64,000 bases of DNA from sequence record NC_054930.1; one strand, 5' to 3'. This DNA comes from Escherichia phage PP01. A program made the translations under genes and the position numbers. The first letter of the stretch is position 1; every line of letters starts with the position of its first letter. Below the pieces are notes generated by a model. It ran no database searches and was not told the DNA's origin. It saw only the letters and a program-made list of their open reading frames with translations. Shown in pieces: positions 58,155-64,000 of the stretch.

Positions 58155-58367
58155 TCATTTTTGTCCTGTATTTACTTTATGCCGATGCACGGCCTTAACT
58201 TTATCAAGGTATTTTTCAAAATTTCGCAATCTAGTATAGTCTGCCGGAGATTGGTTGAGTGATACTTCTCGACGCAAAGCTGAAATGATATTTCCAACTT
58301 CCCTACGAATTTCATCTAATTGAAGCACAGTAAGATTGCGAAGTTGCTTTTCAGTTAATTGTAGCAT
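58155..58367 (-). CDS. small hypothetical protein (rI.1 position)
   Basis: 70-aa ORF. Confidence 0.45.
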
Positions 58368-58409
58368 ATATACCCCTTTAGTTAGATAAACCTATTTATA
58401 ACTTTTGCA

Positions 58410-58991
58410 CTAACCGAGCTTTTTAGTTAATTCATTCCAATGTTTTCTACACAAAGAAACATAAATTTCATCACCTATACAGATTTGATTACCTTCTTTA
58501 ACTGGTGTTCCATCTTCCATTAATCGAGCTGTCATGATCGCTTTTTTGCCGCAATGACAAACTGCCTTTAGTTCAATAAGTTTATCTGCAATCGCTAAAA
58601 GTTCTTTAGAACCTTCAAATAATTTTCCAGCGAAATCAGTCCTTAATCCATAAGCCATAACAGGAACATTATATGTATCAACAATTCGGCTCAATTGATG
58701 TACTTGTTCAGTTTTTAAAAACTGAGCTTCATCTACAAATACGCAATGAATATCTTTTTGTGCTTCAGCCCATTTATAGAATTCGAAAATGTCCATATCA
58801 TCTGTAATAATATTCGCTTCCTGCTTAATTCCAATGCGAGAAACGACTTCACAGACAGAATCGCGAGTATCAATAGCAGGCTTAAGAACTAATACACTCA
58901 TTCCACGTTCTTTATAATTATGTGCAGCAGTCAAAAGAGAAGCAGATTTTCCAGCATTCATTGCTGCATAAGTAAAAATTAAACTCGCCAT
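58410..58991 (-). CDS. tk: thymidine kinase
   Basis: 193 aa as in T4 Tk; P-loop AAMNAGKS; Zn-binding CHCGKK. Confidence 0.9.
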   Translation of the reverse strand: MASLIFTYAAMNAGKSASLLTAAHNYKERGMSVLVLKPAIDTRDSVCEVVSRIGIKQEANIITDDMDIFEFYKWAEAQKDIHCVFVDEAQFLKTEQVHQLSRIVDTYNVPVMAYGLRTDFAGKLFEGSKELLAIADKLIELKAVCHCGKKAIMTARLMEDGTPVKEGNQICIGDEIYVSLCRKHWNELTKKLG

Positions 58992-59000
58992 ATCACCTTC

Positions 59001-59186
59001 TTAAAGCGTATTCACATAAGCTATTAATTCGTTTTCTTTCTTATCAAACCGGTCAGCAAATTCTTCTTGTTGTTCGGGAGATAGCGGGCCGTATTCATCA
59101 TAAAAGGTGTTTGCTTCTGCATGCTCATCTAGAAGTTCATGGATAAGCTCAAACAATTTATCTTTTTGTTCTTTACTCAGACTCAT
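59001..59186 (-). CDS. small acidic hypothetical protein (tk.1 position)
   Basis: 61-aa ORF. Confidence 0.45.
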   Translation of the reverse strand: MSLSKEQKDKLFELIHELLDEHAEANTFYDEYGPLSPEQQEEFADRFDKKENELIAYVNTL

Positions 59187-59352
59187 ATATTAATTTCCAG
59201 GAGTTTTAAAATAATTCGCTTTTGCTTAAATATTTCCGTAGTTAAATGGTCAGTATCTTTTTGACCGATTCCAATGGCAAAACCTTTATTAACAGCGAGT
59301 TCAATTAAATTATCAAGCTCACGTAACACTTCATATTGTAACTCAAAATTAT

Positions 59353-59580
59353 TCATTTTGGTTTACCTTCTTTAACGAAATCAGGATAAGGATAAAATCC
59401 TGAATAAAATCCTTCACCTTTATGATTGATGCATCCTTTATTAGAACAATAGCACCAATAATCGAAATCACAAGCCATTTCATCATTACATAAAGCAAAA
59501 ACAACTGGCCATTCACACTTTTCGCAGTGGGCATTTTTAAGAATACTAGTTTGGCTCATAACCATGTAACCTTTAAACAA
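59353..59580 (-). CDS. Cys-rich small protein (putative zinc binding)
   Basis: 75 aa; HCEKCEW...CNDEMACDFDYWCYCSNKGCINH. Confidence 0.45.
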   Translation of the reverse strand: MFKGYMVMSQTSILKNAHCEKCEWPVVFALCNDEMACDFDYWCYCSNKGCINHKGEGFYSGFYPYPDFVKEGKPK

Positions 59581-59768
59581 TATTCTTCTACGTGCTGTTT
59601 ACGACCTTTCTTATCAATAAAGGTATATTCAACGAATGTTCCAATATAGTCTTTATCTACATCATGAGGACTATTAATTGGGCATTTAGTACGGCAAATG
59701 CGTTCCCATTGACGAATAATTTCCACTTTGTTTTTAGGATCAAACGGATGCGGGTAATGTACTTTCAT
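59556..59768 (-). CDS. small hypothetical protein
   Basis: 70-aa ORF. Confidence 0.4.
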   Translation of the reverse strand: MKVHYPHPFDPKNKVEIIRQWERICRTKCPINSPHDVDKDYIGTFVEYTFIDKKGRKQHVEEYCLKVTWL

Positions 59769-60219
59769 AATCCACCACTATTAAATCAATATCAGGAGTA
59801 AACATGTCGATTAATTTAGAAACCTTATCCCAATCACCGCCAGCAATACCACAACCTATGCGTGGAATGTAAATTACTGGTTTAAACAAAAGGGTCTCTG
59901 CCTGTAGATTTAATTCTATCATGCAGTTTACTAAAGCACCATAATCAAGATTAGGACCCGGTTCGTATTGCGTATACAGGTTATAGCACATACTAAATCC
60001 TGTAGGATTATGTTTAAAAACAATAGACATATCGCCTAATTTATCACGAGAACCGTACTCGGTAGTAGTTTTATCTATTTCTAAAATTTTGGGATAGGCT
60101 CTTGCTAATTGACCCGCTACACCAGAGCCCATTGTGTGGAAGCAGTTGCATCCGTGCGCAATAATATTACCTTGAAGAAATAGGGCGACAATATCGCCCT
60201 TGATATATTTTACAATCAT
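59740..60219 (-). CDS. macro-domain-like protein (putative ADP-ribose binding/hydrolase)
   Basis: 159 aa; GDI...IAHGCNCFHTMGSGVAGQLA resembles the macro-domain nucleotide-binding core. Confidence 0.45.
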   Translation of the reverse strand: MIVKYIKGDIVALFLQGNIIAHGCNCFHTMGSGVAGQLARAYPKILEIDKTTTEYGSRDKLGDMSIVFKHNPTGFSMCYNLYTQYEPGPNLDYGALVNCMIELNLQAETLLFKPVIYIPRIGCGIAGGDWDKVSKLIDMFTPDIDLIVVDYESTLPASV

Positions 60220-60557
60220 CTAGTACTCAATCCTCGATTATAAGAATCTACCAAACGGTCAACCATTGAATGACAAGCGGCTTTATCTTTCTCCTCCGCA
60301 ACTGAACATTCTAAGGTATTCCACTTTTTAGCATATCGTTTTAACAATGTATCATTTTTATATCTGCTTGATTTATCTCTTTCTCCGTCTTTATATGCAT
60401 ATATTAATTTCTGCGCAAATTCAGCTTGGCATGCTTTATTTTTCCCACAATAATCCGCGGCAGTACGGTTTACATACTCTCTAATTTCAGTATATGATGT
60501 ATCTGCTAACGCAGAAAATGAAATTAATCCTATACATAAAACCAAAATTTTAGTCAT
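60216..60557 (-). CDS. secreted small protein
   Basis: 113 aa; cleavable signal peptide MTKILVLCIGLISFSALA; four Cys. Confidence 0.5.
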   Translation of the reverse strand: MTKILVLCIGLISFSALADTSYTEIREYVNRTAADYCGKNKACQAEFAQKLIYAYKDGERDKSSRYKNDTLLKRYAKKWNTLECSVAEEKDKAACHSMVDRLVDSYNRGLSTR

Positions 60558-61095
60558 TTACTATTTCCAAAAGTTTATTATTTTTAAGGTAATTAGCCTT
60601 TTCTAGGACTTCAGAAGCATATTTAGAACCTGCTTTAACATTCCATCCCGAATTATAAGAGGATATCGCCTTTCTTATATCGCCCTTATGTATATTTAAC
60701 CAATAAGAAAGTTCAATGTACGCCCAGGAAGCTGAATTGGACCGTTTATTCAACATTCTTTTTATTTCAGCATCGGTCATATTATAACCAAGTTCCTTAA
60801 CTCTTGCTCGCATAGTCGGCAAATAATTTTGGAACATTCCATAGGCATGATGCTTTGGTTTAGATTTTAAATTAACTCCGGCAGAGCTTTCTTGCCATAA
60901 AATAGCAGCCATTATATGACCTAATCCGCTCTTATGGATATTTTTGTGTGTTTTATATTTTCCATCCTTAGAAAATTGTTCCCCGAATTGATACGCGTAA
61001 CGCATGTTATCGAGTTGGACATTACTGAAAGTATGCTCGGAGCTATGTGCCATCATAGAAATGGCCAATAGACCAGCGAGTAGTGCTTTTCTCAT
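60550..61095 (-). CDS. secreted lytic transglycosylase-like protein (SLT domain)
   Basis: 181 aa; signal peptide; catalytic E-S motif LWQESS...YGMFQ. Confidence 0.5.
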   Translation of the reverse strand: MRKALLAGLLAISMMAHSSEHTFSNVQLDNMRYAYQFGEQFSKDGKYKTHKNIHKSGLGHIMAAILWQESSAGVNLKSKPKHHAYGMFQNYLPTMRARVKELGYNMTDAEIKRMLNKRSNSASWAYIELSYWLNIHKGDIRKAISSYNSGWNVKAGSKYASEVLEKANYLKNNKLLEIVND

Positions 61096-61102
61096 GCTTA
61101 CC

Positions 61103-61564
61103 TCATTGAGTTTTAATTACTGCTTTAGAAGCCTTTCCTGGTAAACGACGACTGTTAATAATTGCCATCCTGCATTGAAGCGACGGGTCTTTGAACTTCG
61201 CATTAGGTTTACAAACTGTAAATCCAAGCCAAAGATTTCCATCTGTGATTTCTAAACGCCCAGGACGATATTCAACCCCATCAATAAAATCCTCGTCAAT
61301 GTCAGGACGCGGAGGCATACTCAGGAATTCATTAACTTCTAAAACATGGTCTTTTATTTTATGGAATAATTCAAAAACATATGTCTCATCAATCTCCCGT
61401 TGAATTGCACGATCAAGAAGATGTTGAGAATATTTTAGATGAAACGATGAGACCCCTGCTGCTTTTGATGCCTCACGAATCTCATTGTTAATTTGACGAA
61501 ACTCCGACTCAAAGTGACGACGGAGCTTATTTCGACGGATAAAAACTTCTATGTTGATAGTCAT
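61103..61564 (-). CDS. regB: RegB endoribonuclease
   Basis: 153 aa as in T4 RegB; basic; early promoter at 61592-61621. Confidence 0.65.
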   Translation of the reverse strand: MTINIEVFIRRNKLRRHFESEFRQINNEIREASKAAGVSSFHLKYSQHLLDRAIQREIDETYVFELFHKIKDHVLEVNEFLSMPPRPDIDEDFIDGVEYRPGRLEITDGNLWLGFTVCKPNAKFKDPSLQCRMAIINSRRLPGKASKAVIKTQ

Positions 61565-61591
61565 GTTATTCTCCTCTTAACTGATAGAAAA

Positions 61592-61621
61592 ATTATACCA
61601 CAGTCAAGAGGAAAAGTAAAC
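61592..61621 (-). promoter_or_regulatory. early promoter upstream of regB
   Basis: GTTTAC, 18 bp, TATAAT with TGG. Confidence 0.6.
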
Positions 61622-61623
61622 AG

Positions 61624-61944
61624 TTATTCTTTAAATCTAATCAATTTATTCATAGACTTTGAAACTTCTGCACGAACCTCATGTAGGTTTTTAAGCTGTT
61701 CAAGACGCTGCTCATAGTAAGCAATTTCATCTTCTTCGAGACAGTCCTGCGAATCTTCTTTAAGATAACGTGCATAGTCCTGGAAAGCTTTACGGACTAC
61801 TTCCTGGAAGTCATCAAGACTTTGAATTTTCTTAGGAGCAACAGATACACGACGAGGGGCAGTATAATATTCATAACCAAACCCTGCGCTTAATTGAGCC
61901 ATTAATATTTTTCCTCTGGTTGGAACACAGCACGACAAGCCCAC
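61624..61944 (-). CDS. hypothetical protein (vs.3 position)
   Basis: 106-aa ORF (likely start at internal Met). Confidence 0.4.
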   Translation of the reverse strand: MGLSCCVPTRGKILMAQLSAGFGYEYYTAPRRVSVAPKKIQSLDDFQEVVRKAFQDYARYLKEDSQDCLEEDEIAYYEQRLEQLKNLHEVRAEVSKSMNKLIRFKE

Positions 61945-62168
61945 ATACTGGCTTCTTTGAGTTTCGTTTTAGCAATAGTTAACTGATCGAGGCTTTCAGC
62001 ATAATTCTTTGCGAATTCACAGTCTTCACAATTATCTAGTGCTTCCCAGAATTCATCATACAAAGCATCAAAGATAAGTCCTAAACGAACTTCAGCATCT
62101 TTGATAGCATTCACTTTACCGATTTTCTCTTCAGTGTGCGGCTTATAACCTTTAATGTCTTCAATCAT
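61902..62168 (-). CDS. small helical protein (vs.4 position; candidate Acb2-like nucleotide sponge)
   Basis: 88-aa ORF; position counted from regB; identity inferred only from size and synteny. Confidence 0.4.
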   Translation of the reverse strand: MIEDIKGYKPHTEEKIGKVNAIKDAEVRLGLIFDALYDEFWEALDNCEDCEFAKNYAESLDQLTIAKTKLKEASMWACRAVFQPEEKY

Positions 62169-62382
62169 ATTTTACTTCCTCGCCAGTACATAAATCATAT
62201 TCAACTAAACGAATAGGTTCATGAATGCCATATCCCTGAACAGAAATTTCTGTCGTAGGATAAATTCCACTAATATCACCCATGTTCCATGCTTCATTAA
62301 ATTGCTGTTCGCCTGAATTACTAAACCACTCGGCGAAAGCATTTAGCACATCTTTAGAACCTTCAATAATTATCTTTGCCAT
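62161..62382 (-). CDS. small hypothetical protein
   Basis: 73-aa ORF. Confidence 0.4.
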   Translation of the reverse strand: MAKIIIEGSKDVLNAFAEWFSNSGEQQFNEAWNMGDISGIYPTTEISVQGYGIHEPIRLVEYDLCTGEEVKYD

Positions 62383-62756
62383 TACAAGCTCTCAGTAAAG
62401 GTACGAGCGATAACGTCGCGCTGCTGTTCCGGAGTCAGAGAGTTAAAGCGAACTGCATAACCTGATACACGGATGGTCAGCTGCGGATATTTTTCCGGAT
62501 GCTTAACTGCATCTTCCAGAGTTTCACGACGCAGAACGTTAACATTCAGGTGTTGACCACCTTCAATTTTAACCGTAGGCTGTGGTTCAATTTCAATTTC
62601 ACGGGCATGCAAACCGTAGAAAATTTCCGGGTCTACAAAAGAGTCCTCTTTAAAGGTTTTAGAGACAATAATTCGTGCTTGAATACCATCTTCAAAATAA
62701 ATAGTACCTTTATGCGTGCCTTCAAGAATTTGATATGCTTTCATATAACCTCTCAA
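62382..62756 (-). CDS. autonomous glycyl radical cofactor (GrcA/YfiD-like)
   Basis: 124 aa; C-terminal 70 aa match the E. coli GrcA/PflB glycyl radical domain as recalled (RVSGYAVRF); locally GC-rich host-like codons. Confidence 0.8.
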   Translation of the reverse strand: MRGYMKAYQILEGTHKGTIYFEDGIQARIIVSKTFKEDSFVDPEIFYGLHAREIEIEPQPTVKIEGGQHLNVNVLRRETLEDAVKHPEKYPQLTIRVSGYAVRFNSLTPEQQRDVIARTFTESL

Positions 62757-63133
62757 TTAGAAAATAAATTTATCCAAGATTGCTCTTTAATTAAAAATGG
62801 CTCAGAATCATATGCCATTAAACTTTGGGTAATTAGTCCTTTAAAAGGCCCATCAATAAATTCCATGGTAAAATATGGAATTTTATTCATTAATCTTGCA
62901 TTAGGAGCCGTGCACAAAACTCTGCATCCTTTGAATACACCTTTTTGTAATTTGTATTGCTTAGGATAAAATTCGCTCAAGACGTTGTTATTTGCCAAAA
63001 TTTCAAAATGATTCACCAATTTATTTTTAATAGTTTTTGGCGAAAAATAAAGATATTCGAAAAGTTGCGTATCTGTCATCATTGCATTCCAATTACGAAA
63101 AACTGCGGACGAGTAATACCACCAATGCAACAT
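62753..63133 (-). CDS. hypothetical protein
   Basis: 126-aa ORF. Confidence 0.4.
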   Translation of the reverse strand: MLHWWYYSSAVFRNWNAMMTDTQLFEYLYFSPKTIKNKLVNHFEILANNNVLSEFYPKQYKLQKGVFKGCRVLCTAPNARLMNKIPYFTMEFIDGPFKGLITQSLMAYDSEPFLIKEQSWINLFSN

Positions 63134-63618
63134 TTACTATTGCAACAGTAATGCACAGTTTCAATATGAATATCGTAAATTTTATCCATATCAGGAGCTT
63201 TAACAGGCTCATCAATTATATACAAAATTCGTGAAAGCGATAAACCTCTGAACTTACTTCCTTTATTGCCAATAAAACTACGCACAGAATCAGTAAATAA
63301 ACGAAAACGTATATCATCATTAGAATAACGCGAAAATTCCTTTTTAATGTTATTTGCAGAAATTTTAGCGTAAGCTGAAGTGTTAGAAAGAACAATAACT
63401 GTTCCACCATCATACAGCCAATTAGCAGCAAAGTTAGTCACAGCAGTTGATTTACCAGATTGACGTCCACCATCTAGTCGAAGTGTGCAATACTGTTTGA
63501 GTAAGTCTTCAAATGGTGGGATATAATCGTTTTTACAAATTTCTTCTACTCTAGCATCAGAATGGTGTGTAAAAGCATTCATCAGGGATAGATAAGGACC
63601 AGTTAAAAATGTTCTCAT
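63079..63618 (-). CDS. small P-loop NTPase
   Basis: 179 aa; Walker A GRQSGKST, Walker B LYIIDEP. Confidence 0.5.
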   Translation of the reverse strand: MRTFLTGPYLSLMNAFTHHSDARVEEICKNDYIPPFEDLLKQYCTLRLDGGRQSGKSTAVTNFAANWLYDGGTVIVLSNTSAYAKISANNIKKEFSRYSNDDIRFRLFTDSVRSFIGNKGSKFRGLSLSRILYIIDEPVKAPDMDKIYDIHIETVHYCCNSKCCIGGITRPQFFVIGMQ

Positions 63619-63770
63619 TTCTTCTCTCTAAATTTGGGCCATTCCGTGGCGCATGAATTGTCCATTTCTGTATTTACCCATTACCGCACTTGGGCTCGAC
63701 CTTATTACAGGTTGGCGGGAATCCCTCACAGAACCATGAGGTCCAGCTTGTTCCCATATTTCTTATTTGC

Positions 63771-64000
63771 TTATTTGAACGATTTAACGTACTGAATAGA
63801 ACCTTTACTATTCACAAAGGCAATTTTACCATTTTTGTTATACATGGTAGCAGTACGTTGATAGCCATAAGTTTGTTTACCAGATTGATAACCAACTAAT
63901 GCAAAATTATCTTCACCCATTTTATTCTGTTTAGCGCGAATGCGTTCATGACCATGTGCCATAAGAACCTTAGCATCACCAGTTGCAATGGATCGACGAG
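63771..64000 (-). CDS. hypothetical protein, 5'-truncated by window end
   Basis: Reading frame is open to the window edge; C-terminal 63 aa seen. Confidence 0.4.
   Translation of the reverse strand, partial: RRSIATGDAKVLMAHGHERIRAKQNKMGEDNFALVGYQSGKQTYGYQRTATMYNKNGKIAFVNSKGSIQYVKSFK

Noticed and set aside
1-64000. CRISPR arrays, tRNA/rRNA genes, integrase or prophage attachment sites
   Set aside because: No regularly spaced direct repeats, no cloverleaf-like GC-rich segments and no tyrosine/serine recombinase ORFs were seen; the T4 tRNA cluster would lie beyond this window.

Overview
The window is the early / DNA-metabolism arm of a T-even (T4-like, Tequatrovirus) myophage genome, beginning at the rIIA end and running co-linearly with T4 through the topoisomerase gene, dexA, dda, modA/modB, soc, 56, 61, 41, uvsX, 42, imm, 43, regA, 62/44/45, 46/47, alpha-gt, 55, nrdH/nrdG/nrdD, 49, nrdC, rI, tk and regB. 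Almost every gene is on the minus strand, tightly packed and often translationally coupled. The intergenic spaces carry a repeated family of sigma70-like early promoters (minus-strand GTTTAC, about 18 bp, TATAAT-like) and GC-stem/CGAA-loop terminator hairpins. Gene names are assigned from ORF length, order and motifs recalled for phage T4; no database search was run. It is a T4 relative rather than T4 itself: the topoisomerase large-subunit gene is one continuous 606-codon ORF, segA/segF are missing, a 282-aa GT-A-type glycosyltransferase sits where T4 has beta-gt, nrdD has no intron, and two free-standing homing-endonuclease genes (HNH between 46 and 47, GIY-YIG between nrdG and nrdD) are present. 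No tRNA, rRNA, CRISPR array or integrase was found. The most interesting accessory content is: a GrcA/YfiD-like glycyl-radical gene with host-like GC-rich codons, a nucleotidyltransferase-fold protein next to a P-loop ATPase, a macro-domain-like protein, a family of proteins sharing C-terminal coiled-coil tails, a MotB-like paralogue triplet, a secreted transglycosylase-like pair, and the small-ORF islet between genes 61 and 41. I found no canonical, self-contained new system; these are candidates, not demonstrations.
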